DNA of 64,000 nucleotides, taken from NCBI GenBank assembly GCA_040752275.1, contig JBFMFH010000057.1, positions 3,895 through 67,894 of the forward strand, written 5' to 3'. Below the pieces are notes generated by a model that made no database searches, had not been told where the DNA came from, and saw nothing but the letters and a program-made list of their open reading frames with translations. The DNA is from Acidobacteriota bacterium (GTDB lineage: Bacteria > Acidobacteriota > Vicinamibacteria > Vicinamibacterales > JAKQTR01). The translations under genes and the position numbers were made by a program. This document shows positions 41,131-48,834 of this stretch, in pieces (the first letter of the stretch is position 1; the number at the start of each line of letters is the position of its first letter).

Positions 41131-42045
41131 ATGACCGACCTGCCCTATCATCCCGGGCCTCCCGCCACCTTCGGCGGACTGGAGCAGCGCCCTGGTTCCT
41201 TCGACCGAAGCCGCGCCGTTGTGCTGCCGATTCCGTTCGAACGTACGACGTCGTACGGATCGGGCACCAAGAGCGGCCCTCGGGAGATCATCGCCGCCTC
41301 GAGCCAGGTGGAGTTGTACGACGAGGAACTGGGATGGGAGATCTGCGAGGTCGGCATCCATACCTTGCCCCCCATGGAGCTGCCGTTCTCCGACACCGCC
41401 GAGGCGTTCGGCGAGATTCGCCGCGCTGGCGCATGGTTGGCCTCGGCACGGAAGTTCGTCGTCGCACTCGGTGGCGAGCACGCGATCACGGCCCCACTCG
41501 TGGCGGGGATGGCGTCTGCACACCCGGGACTGACCGTCCTGCAGATTGACGCGCACGCCGATCTGAGGGAGAGCTACCTCGGCGATCCGCACAGCCATGC
41601 GAGCGCCATGCGCCGGGTGCTCGAACATGCGCCTGCCGTGCAAGTGGGAATCCGCAACCTGTCAGCGCCGGAAGCCCATGCCGTGCGGGATCTCCCGACC
41701 ACCGTCTTCTACGACTGGAACATGCGCGAGGATGATGCCTGGATGGAACGGGTTGTCGGTGCGCTCGGCGACCCGGTGTACATCTCGATCGATTGCGACG
41801 GGCTCGATCCGGCGGTGATGCCGGCCGTGGGGACGCCCGAGCCCGGCGGCCTCAGTTGGCGTGAATTGCTGCAGCTCCTGAGGAGGGTGATGCGCCACCG
41901 CCAGGTGATCGCATGCGACGTCGTCGAACTCTGCCCGATCCCCGGCTTCGTGGCGCCGAATTTCCTGGCGGCCAGACTGGTGTACAAGTTGGTCGGGTAT
42001 CGCTTCGCTGGGGCACGCGATCGAGCCGGTTTCCCTGAACCGTGA
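41131..42045 (+). CDS. speB: Agmatinase (arginase/ureohydrolase family)
   Basis: Mn-binding motifs GGEHAIT, IDAHADL and SIDCDGLDP. Confidence 0.88.
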   Translation: MTDLPYHPGPPATFGGLEQRPGSFDRSRAVVLPIPFERTTSYGSGTKSGPREIIAASSQVELYDEELGWEICEVGIHTLPPMELPFSDTAEAFGEIRRAGAWLASARKFVVALGGEHAITAPLVAGMASAHPGLTVLQIDAHADLRESYLGDPHSHASAMRRVLEHAPAVQVGIRNLSAPEAHAVRDLPTTVFYDWNMREDDAWMERVVGALGDPVYISIDCDGLDPAVMPAVGTPEPGGLSWRELLQLLRRVMRHRQVIACDVVELCPIPGFVAPNFLAARLVYKLVGYRFAGARDRAGFPEP

Positions 42046-42237
42046 TTGCCGTGGCCCCCATCTGTGATCCGCCACTCACACCCCTCGCGGGTCCTGTCGC
42101 CGGACAGCCCACCGCTGCTCAGGCCCACAAACATGGTGACGGCTGAGGGCCTTCCGCCACGGCGGGCGCCCGTCCGGCGCCACCCGCTCGGGATCACCCT
42201 CCCGTCCACTCCGGCCGCGGGCGGTGGGTCCTCGGGT

Positions 42238-42963
42238 CTAGCTGTCCAGCTCCCGCCGCGCCTGAGCCGCGTAGGGCGACTGAGGAAACTCGTCGGCCAC
42301 CCGCTTGAAGGCCTTCCTGGCATCTTCGACCTTCCCTGCCAGGCGGTAGACCCGCCCGAGTTCCATCAGCACGCCATCCAAGGGCGCGTCCTCCGGGTGC
42401 TGCGTGACGATTTCTTGCAGCGCTGCGATGGCCCGGTCGTACTGCCCGGCAGCCAGGCAGGCGTCGGCGACGCCAAGGCGGGCCATCGCCCGGTAGACAC
42501 CCGAACTGCGTTCGGCGACCTCCTGAAACCGGCGGATGGCCTCGTCGCTCCGCCCCAGCGCGACGAGGGCCGCCCCGGCCCGGTAGCGCGCGATGATCCC
42601 GGCCTGACCCGAAGGGTAGGCCTCGGCCACGGCCATGAACCTTGGTAGCGCCGCCTCCTGCCGCACGCGCTCCGAGGGATAGGTGCCCGGCTCCTGGGAA
42701 GGGGCCTGCGCCGAGGAGGCGGGAGCGGCCGGCGGCACGATCCTCGCCTCGGCCACGGCCATGGCCTCGGCCAGCATGGCGCTCCCCCGGGTGGCGGACC
42801 ACTGGCGCCAGGCGACGGTCCCGGAGACCGCAATCGCAAGGGCACCGATGACCAAAGCCCCGTAGGTGGCCGCGTTGCGGTTGGCCCCGAACCACTCTCT
42901 GAGGCCCATCACCCATTCGGCGATCTCGTTCTCTTTGAGATGATGACGTTCGGTTCGCTTCAT
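42238..42963 (-). CDS. Membrane-anchored TPR protein (YfgM-like)
   Basis: N-terminus HHLKENEIAEWV...TM, then TPR-like helices (GQYDRAIAALQEIV, GKVEDARKAFKRV). Confidence 0.6.
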   Translation of the reverse strand: MKRTERHHLKENEIAEWVMGLREWFGANRNAATYGALVIGALAIAVSGTVAWRQWSATRGSAMLAEAMAVAEARIVPPAAPASSAQAPSQEPGTYPSERVRQEAALPRFMAVAEAYPSGQAGIIARYRAGAALVALGRSDEAIRRFQEVAERSSGVYRAMARLGVADACLAAGQYDRAIAALQEIVTQHPEDAPLDGVLMELGRVYRLAGKVEDARKAFKRVADEFPQSPYAAQARRELDS

Positions 42964-42987
42964 TGCGTGGCGCCTGTTCCGAGGTAA

Positions 42988-43064
42988 TGGTGCGCGTGTC
43001 CGGACTTGAACCGGAGGCCTGCCGCTTAGGAGGCGGCTGCTCTATCCACCTGAGCTACACGCGC
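42988..43064 (-). tRNA. tRNA-Arg (anticodon CCT), CCA encoded
   Basis: Minus strand reads GCGCGTG-TA-GCTCAGGTGGATAGAGC-A-GCCGC-CTCCTAA-GCGGC-AGGCC-TCCGGTTCAAGTCCGGA-CACGCGC-ACCA. Full cloverleaf, 77 nt. Confidence 0.9.
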
Positions 43065-43077
43065 CCGTGAACCTCTA

Positions 43078-43083
43078 ATTATA
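43078..43083 (-). promoter_or_regulatory. Perfect TATAAT -10 box upstream of tRNA-Arg
   Basis: Minus strand TATAAT lies 13 nt before the mature tRNA 5' end. Confidence 0.4.
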
Positions 43084-43094
43084 GAACAGACGAA

Positions 43095-43129
43095 AGGCCG
43101 GCCGGCAGGACTTCCCTGCCGGCCGGCCT
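43095..43129 (-). terminator. Intrinsic terminator after the OmpA-family gene
   Basis: Perfect 15-bp stem AGGCCGGCCGGCAGG/CCTGCCGGCCGGCCT with a 5-nt loop, followed on the minus strand by TTCGTCTGTTCT. Confidence 0.6.
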
Positions 43130-43158
43130 CAAGTCGCCGTCGTCCCCGGCGTGCCGGG

Positions 43159-44106
43159 CTATTTCGCCACGATGACGAAGTGGGTGCGGCGGTTGCGCGC
43201 CCAGCAGCTCTCGCTCGACTCGCTGCACACCTGCTCCGCCTCTCCATTCGACACCATCTGGATGCGGCCGGCGGCAATGCCGTTCGCCATCAGATACTGT
43301 GCCACTCCACCGGCCCGGCGTTCGCCAAGTCCGTAGTTGTACTCGTTGGTGCCTCGCGGGTCGGTGTAGCCCTCGAGCCGGACGACGACACTCGGCCACC
43401 GCACCAAGAAGGCGACGTTCCGCTGGAGCGCGGCGACCCCGTCGGGCCGCAGGGTGGCCCGATCGAAGTCGAAGTACACGTCGGAGAGGACCTGCCTGGC
43501 GTTGAGTTCGTCGACGGTCATCATCGCGAACAGCTCGTCCTCGGTGGGCATCGGCCGCGGAGGCGGCACCGGCGAGGGCATCACCTCGATCGGCCGCTCT
43601 TCCCTCTTCGGCGCCTCACACGGAACGGTCGGGGCCACGCTGGATTCCCCAATGACCACGCGGCACAAGCCGCTCCCGCGGTCGACGTGGGTCGCCGGGT
43701 AGTGGTACCACGGAATCCCGTCGGCCACGCCCCGCATGACGCGCAGTTCGATGACTCCCGTGTAGGTCTCTGCGTTGGTCCCGGTCACCTTCACCTCGTA
43801 CCGGGCCCAATCGACTCGCGTGAGGCCGAGATACTCGGTCACCTCGAGTTGCTGAATGTCGCGGAACGACATCTGAAAGCTGCCAGCTGGCCCGTGCACC
43901 CAGATGTACTGCACCCCGCCCTCGTCCCACACGGTCTCGTTCACTCTGAAGTCGTCGACGACGACCGACTTCGTGGGGTTGGCTCGATCGGGGTACACGA
44001 ACGCCCGGTAGCGCTTGGCGTCGGCCGCGGCTGGCACCAGCAGCATCACGGCCAGGATGGTGGTGGCGATCGCCACGGTCACGACGGCAAGTACGTGCTT
44101 TCTCAT
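43159..44106 (-). CDS. OmpA-family protein with novel N-terminal domain
   Basis: Trimmed to MRKHVLAVVTVAIATTILAV (signal/anchor). C-terminal OmpA_C (YFDFDRATLRPDG...GYTDPRGTNEYNYGLGERRA...NRRTHFV). Confidence 0.8.
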   Translation of the reverse strand: MRKHVLAVVTVAIATTILAVMLLVPAAADAKRYRAFVYPDRANPTKSVVVDDFRVNETVWDEGGVQYIWVHGPAGSFQMSFRDIQQLEVTEYLGLTRVDWARYEVKVTGTNAETYTGVIELRVMRGVADGIPWYHYPATHVDRGSGLCRVVIGESSVAPTVPCEAPKREERPIEVMPSPVPPPRPMPTEDELFAMMTVDELNARQVLSDVYFDFDRATLRPDGVAALQRNVAFLVRWPSVVVRLEGYTDPRGTNEYNYGLGERRAGGVAQYLMANGIAAGRIQMVSNGEAEQVCSESSESCWARNRRTHFVIVAK

Positions 44107-44161
44107 CACCCGATGGTATCGGACGATTCCCGGCCGTTCCTGAGACCGTGCCCGGGATTGC

Positions 44162-44707
44162 TCAGTACTGCAGCACGCTGAAGACCCGGTGCCGCTGGAG
44201 CTTCTGCCGGCCCTTGAGGAAGTCGAGTTCGATGAGGAAGGCAAGGGCCCTCAGATCGCCGTGAAGCTGGGTGACGAGGCTGGCCGCCGCCTCTGCCGTG
44301 CCCCCGGTCGCCAGCACGTCGTCGACGACGAGCACCCGTTGGCCGGCGGTGATGGCATCCTGGTGGATCTCGATGGCATCGGTTCCATACTCGAGCTGGA
44401 AGGACTGGCGGATGGCCGCCGCCGGCAGTTTGCCCGGCTTGCGAATCGGACAGAATCCGGCGCCCAGTCTGTCGGCCACTGCCCCGCCCAGGATGAATCC
44501 ACGGCTCTCGATGCCCACGACCACATCGATGCCCTCGCCGTCAAAGGGCCGCGCCAGCTGCTCGATGGCCGAGGCGAAGCCCTCCGGGTCGCGCAGGAGC
44601 GTGGTAATGTCGTAGAAGAGGATGCCCGCCTTGGGAAAGTCCGGGACGTGTCTGATCCGGTTCTTCAGGAACTCGGGCGTGTGCCGGGCGGCTGTGTGCT
44701 GAGTCAT
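44162..44707 (-). CDS. apt: Adenine phosphoribosyltransferase
   Basis: IRHVPDFPKAGILFYDIT and PRPP motif VLVVDDVLATGGTA. Confidence 0.92.
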   Translation of the reverse strand: MTQHTAARHTPEFLKNRIRHVPDFPKAGILFYDITTLLRDPEGFASAIEQLARPFDGEGIDVVVGIESRGFILGGAVADRLGAGFCPIRKPGKLPAAAIRQSFQLEYGTDAIEIHQDAITAGQRVLVVDDVLATGGTAEAAASLVTQLHGDLRALAFLIELDFLKGRQKLQRHRVFSVLQY

Positions 44708-44716
44708 GGACGGTGT

Positions 44717-44992
44717 TCACCCTCTGATGGAAAAGTCGACGAACCGGCCGGTCGGCGGCCCGACCTCCCTGTCGACGCGATCGACCCACCCGCCGCGCGG
44801 CCCTTGCGAGAGCGCCCACTCGAATCGATCGAGCGCCTCGCGCTCGCCTTCGGCGACCGCCTCGACGCTGCCGTCGGGCATGTTCCTGACGCAACCGGTC
44901 ACGCCCTCGCGCCTCGCCGCATCCCAGGCGAAGAGTCGGAAGCCGACGCCCTGTACGCGCCCCGTGATGCGAAAGGTCCGTGCTTCGCGCAT
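44717..44992 (-). CDS. acyP: Acylphosphatase
   Basis: ITGRVQGVGFR and GCVRNMPDGSVEAVAEG motifs. Start trimmed to MREARTF. Confidence 0.8.
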   Translation of the reverse strand: MREARTFRITGRVQGVGFRLFAWDAARREGVTGCVRNMPDGSVEAVAEGEREALDRFEWALSQGPRGGWVDRVDREVGPPTGRFVDFSIRG

Positions 44993-45098
44993 ACATACAT
45001 CCCCGCCGACGCGACCCACGCCAGTGACAACCTGCGGATTATAGCGGAGCCGGCCGCCATTGACGCGTGTTCCTCTCCCGCACTAGCGTGGATGGGAT

Positions 45099-48000
45099 AT
45101 GCACCAGCCCCAGGCGCCCGTCCAGGCCCTTACACTCGGCATCCCCGGGTTCTCGTTTGCCGACCTGTTCGACCCCGTCAGGCTCAAGGATCTCCATGAC
45201 GAGTTCGGCCGGCACGTGGAGGCGGCAGATGCGGACCTCTGGCGACGGTGGTCCGCCTTCTGCCGCGAACCCGCGGCTGGTCGGCCCGCGCCGGAACTGT
45301 CCTTGCTCTACGTGCGAATGGCCGCGCACCTCAGCCGGTTCGTGGCCAGGCTGTTCGGGGCCGAAGCCGAGGTCGAGTCGATGGCCGCGGCGACCCGCGC
45401 GACCGATGAGGTGTTCCGCTTCAAGGTCGAGTTCGTGCGGCGGCGCGTCCTCCCGCTGGCAAGAGGCGGGACAGCGATGTCATCGGGTCCGGACGACGAG
45501 GCAATCGTGCGTGGCCTCATCGGCGGGCAGTACTCCGGTGACACCGAGATGGCACTGGCACGAGCCGGGTGTCTGTTGCTTGATTGGGAGGCCCAGGCCA
45601 TCCAGAACGGCGATGACGCCGAGAGAACCGACGTCGCGACAAGGATCGAGGCACTCAAGCGCTGGTGTGCGGCCCGCCTGCAAGACCCCGAGTACCGGTC
45701 CTGGGTGGTGTTCCGCTTCCCTTCGAGTGTCGACTTCTTCGATCTGGTCCCGGCCGAACACCCGGACCCCGGGTTGCCGACGGCCCTGGCCGGGCCCTCA
45801 TCGCAGCTGCGGCGGCGCGACGGGTTCACGCTGACGGATCCGCGCATGACCGTTCGCGAAGTCCTCAGCGAGATCCACTACTGCGTGCTCTGCCACGAGC
45901 GTGACAAGGACTCGTGCGCCAAGGGACTCGCGGACAGAGCTGGACGGACGCAGGTGAACCCGCTCGGTATCCGGCTCGAGGGATGCCCCCTCGACGAGAA
46001 GATCTCCGAGATGCACATGCTGCGCAAGCACGGGGACGCCATCGGCGCCCTGTCACTCGTGGCCGTTGACAATCCGTTGTGCGCCGGCACCGGCCACCGC
46101 ATCTGCAACGACTGCATGAAGGCCTGCATCTACCAGAAGCAGGATCCGGTGAACATCCCGCAGGTCGAGACGGGGGTCCTCACTGACGTGCTCCGCCTGC
46201 CTTGGGGCGTCGAGATCTACGGGTTGCTGACCCGCTGGAACCCGCTGAACGTCCGTCGGCCGTACCCGCTGCCGCCCAACGGCCGAAAGGTGCTGGTGGT
46301 CGGGCTGGGGCCCGCCGGCTACACGCTCGCCCACCACCTGGTCAACGAGGGGTTCTGCGTGGTCGGCATCGACGGGCTGAAAATCGAACCGCTTCCCGAG
46401 GCATGGACAGGGACCGACGCCGCCCTCCCGCGACCCGTGCGCGATTGGAGCACGCTCTACAGCCCGCTGGACGAACGGCCGCTCGAGGGGTTTGGTGGCG
46501 TGTCCGAGTACGGCATCACGGTCCGCTGGGACAAGAACTTCCTGACCCTGCTCCACCTGCTTCTCGCGCGACGCCGCACGCTCCGCATGTACGGCGGTAT
46601 CCGGTTCGGTGGCACCTTCTCGATGGACGATGCGTGGAACGCCGGCTTCGACCACATCGCGATTGCGGCGGGGGCCGGCCGGCCGACCATCGTCGACATG
46701 AAGAACACGCTGCTGCGGGGCATCCGTCAGGCCAGCGACTTCCTCATGGCCCTCCAGCTCACCGGCGCCTTCAAGCGGGAGGCACTTGCGAACCTCCAGG
46801 TGCGCATGCCCGCCATCGTCATCGGCGGAGGGCTGACGGCCATCGATACCGCGACGGAGGTCATGGCGTTCTACCCGCAGCAGGTCGAGAAGATCCTTCA
46901 ACGCTACGAGAGACTGGCCGCCACACTGGGCGAGGATCGCCTCAGGGCCGGATTCGACGATGAGGAGCGGGAGGTGCTCGACGAGTTCCTCCGACACGGG
47001 CGCGAGGTGCGCACCGAGCGCGCGCGCGCCGCCGCCGAGGGAGACGCGCCGAACCTCATCGCGCTTGTGCGGAGGTGGGGAGGGGTGTCGCTCGTCTACC
47101 GAAAAGGCATGCTCGACTCACCCGCGTACCGGCTCAATCACGAGGAGATCGTGAAGTCGCTCGAAGAGGGGATTCGCTTCGTCGAGCGGATGAACCCCGA
47201 GGAGGCGGTTCCCGACGAACGCGGACACGTCTCGGCCATCCGGTTCCGCGAGCAGATCAACGACGGGGGGCGATGGCGCGACGGCGAACAGGTCGTGACG
47301 CTTCCCGCCCGCTCGGTCTTCGTCGCAGCAGGTACGACGCCGAATGTCACCTACGAGCGCGAGTATCCCGGGACCTTCGTCCTGGACGAGAGGCGGCGCT
47401 TCTTCAAGCCGCACGTCGCCCGCGCCCGAGATGACGGATCGTTCGGGCTGGAAGCGGCGGCCGACGGCTTCTTCACGTCGTACCAGCGCGACGGTCGGTT
47501 CATCACCTACTACGGCGACAACCATCCGAAGTACGCCGGCAACGTCGTCAAGGCCATGGCATCGGCCCGGGACGGGTACCCGGAAATCGTCAGGCTCTTT
47601 GCGGGCCGTCCCCTGCCGTCAACCGCCAAGGAGCGCGCGGCCGAGTGGACCCGGCTGGCCAGGTCCCTCGACCACGAGTTCCTGGCGCGTGTCGAGCGCG
47701 TCGACCGCCTCACGCCCACGATCGTCGAGGTGATCGTGCGGGCTCCCGCCGCGGCCAGGCACTTCGAGCCCGGTCAGTTCTACCGGCTCCAGAACTTCGA
47801 GACGCTGTCACCTCTCCTCGGCACGGGCCCGGACGGGCCGCGCATGTTGATGGAAGGTCTTGCGCTGACCGGCGCGTGGGTCGACAGGGAGCAGGGGTTG
47901 CTTTCGATGATCGCCCTCGAAATGGGCGTCTCGAGCCGCTTGTGCGCCTACTTGAGGCCGGGCGATCCGGTCGTCGTCATGGGGCCGACCGGGGCCCCGA

Positions 48001-48665
48001 CGGAAATCCCGGCGGGCGAGCACGTACTGCTCGCCGGTGGAGGCCTCGGCAACGCCGTCCTGTTCTCCATCGCGAAGGCCCTTCAGGCGAAGCGCAACAA
48101 GGTCTTGTACTTCGCCGGCTACAAGAAGGGCGAGGATCTCTTCAAGCGGGAGCAGATCGAGGTGGCCACCGACCAAGTGATCTGGACGACGGACGCCGGG
48201 GCCGCCATCGAGCCGAGCCGCCCGCAGGACTGCCACTACCGCGGCAATATCGTCCAGGCCATGGTCGCCTACGCGAAGGGCGAACTCGGAGAGCCGCTGG
48301 TACCCCTCGAGACGATCGATCGCTTCATCGTCATCGGCTCGGACCGCATGATGGCGGCGGTCAAGGCCGCCCGGCTGACCGTACTCGATCCCTACCTGAA
48401 GGAGGACCACGTGGCCATCGCCAGCATCAACTCGCCCATGCAGTGCATGATGAAGGAAGTCTGCGCCCAATGCCTGCAGCGGCACGTCGATCCGATGACC
48501 GGGCAGGAAACCATCATCTTCACGTGCTTCAATCAGGACCAGCACATGGATCGAGTGGACTTCCCGACCTTGTCGGCGCGCCTGCGCCAGAACACGGTCA
48601 AGGAGAAATTGTCGGCGCTGTGGCTCGACAAGCTGCTCTCGGAGCGGCCGCTGGAGCACATCTAG
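45099..48665 (+). CDS. 1188-aa multi-domain oxidoreductase (Cys-cluster N-domain + GltD-like FAD/NAD(P) module + PyrK/FNR-like module)
   Basis: Cys clusters HYCVLCHERDKDSCAKG and CAGTGHRICNDCMKACIYQK. Dinucleotide folds VVGLGPAGYTLA and IVIGGGLTAIDTA. FNR-like FEPGQFYRLQN and LLAGGGLGNAV. Terminal CMMKEVCAQCLQ...FTCF. Confidence 0.8.
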   Translation: MHQPQAPVQALTLGIPGFSFADLFDPVRLKDLHDEFGRHVEAADADLWRRWSAFCREPAAGRPAPELSLLYVRMAAHLSRFVARLFGAEAEVESMAAATRATDEVFRFKVEFVRRRVLPLARGGTAMSSGPDDEAIVRGLIGGQYSGDTEMALARAGCLLLDWEAQAIQNGDDAERTDVATRIEALKRWCAARLQDPEYRSWVVFRFPSSVDFFDLVPAEHPDPGLPTALAGPSSQLRRRDGFTLTDPRMTVREVLSEIHYCVLCHERDKDSCAKGLADRAGRTQVNPLGIRLEGCPLDEKISEMHMLRKHGDAIGALSLVAVDNPLCAGTGHRICNDCMKACIYQKQDPVNIPQVETGVLTDVLRLPWGVEIYGLLTRWNPLNVRRPYPLPPNGRKVLVVGLGPAGYTLAHHLVNEGFCVVGIDGLKIEPLPEAWTGTDAALPRPVRDWSTLYSPLDERPLEGFGGVSEYGITVRWDKNFLTLLHLLLARRRTLRMYGGIRFGGTFSMDDAWNAGFDHIAIAAGAGRPTIVDMKNTLLRGIRQASDFLMALQLTGAFKREALANLQVRMPAIVIGGGLTAIDTATEVMAFYPQQVEKILQRYERLAATLGEDRLRAGFDDEEREVLDEFLRHGREVRTERARAAAEGDAPNLIALVRRWGGVSLVYRKGMLDSPAYRLNHEEIVKSLEEGIRFVERMNPEEAVPDERGHVSAIRFREQINDGGRWRDGEQVVTLPARSVFVAAGTTPNVTYEREYPGTFVLDERRRFFKPHVARARDDGSFGLEAAADGFFTSYQRDGRFITYYGDNHPKYAGNVVKAMASARDGYPEIVRLFAGRPLPSTAKERAAEWTRLARSLDHEFLARVERVDRLTPTIVEVIVRAPAAARHFEPGQFYRLQNFETLSPLLGTGPDGPRMLMEGLALTGAWVDREQGLLSMIALEMGVSSRLCAYLRPGDPVVVMGPTGAPTEIPAGEHVLLAGGGLGNAVLFSIAKALQAKRNKVLYFAGYKKGEDLFKREQIEVATDQVIWTTDAGAAIEPSRPQDCHYRGNIVQAMVAYAKGELGEPLVPLETIDRFIVIGSDRMMAAVKAARLTVLDPYLKEDHVAIASINSPMQCMMKEVCAQCLQRHVDPMTGQETIIFTCFNQDQHMDRVDFPTLSARLRQNTVKEKLSALWLDKLLSERPLEHI

Positions 48666-48667
48666 AC

Positions 48668-48709
48668 CGGGATTCGGGATTCGGGATTCGGGATTCTGGA
48701 TTTGAGATT
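48668..48709. repeat. Heptanucleotide tandem array A (CGGGATT x4 perfect + 2 degenerate)
   Basis: cgggatt cgggatt cgggatt cgggatt ctggatt tgagatt, beginning 2 nt after the TAG stop at 48663-48665. Confidence 0.95.
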
Positions 48710-48720
48710 CGACAGAAACG

Positions 48721-48744
48721 GGGCGGCCGGAACACCGGCCGCCC
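48721..48744. terminator. Bidirectional GC hairpin between convergent genes
   Basis: GGGCGGCCGG-aaca-CCGGCCGCCC, a 10-bp perfect stem. Confidence 0.6.
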
Positions 48745-48752
48745 TCGTCCTT

Positions 48753-48834
48753 CTGACGCCTGACGCCTGACGCCTGACGCCTGTCGCCTGGCCCCTTCCC
48801 TGTCGCCCGTCGCCTGTCGCCTGTCGCCTGCTAC
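48753..48834. repeat. Heptanucleotide tandem arrays B1/B2 (CTGACGC x4, CTGTCGC-type x5)
   Basis: B1 at 48753-48787, a 12-nt break, then B2 at 48800-48834. The last unit includes the stop (48831-48833) of the minus-strand gene. Confidence 0.95.

Noticed and set aside
42046-42237. 190-nt spacer between convergent speB and the TPR gene, checked for an ncRNA or small ORF.
   Set aside because: It contains only weak short inverted repeats, with no conserved RNA signature I can recognise and no credible ORF.
48753-48834. Considered whether the short tandem repeats could be a CRISPR array.
   Set aside because: The units are 7 nt and contiguous, with no spacers and no cas genes. This is a microsatellite-like array, not CRISPR.
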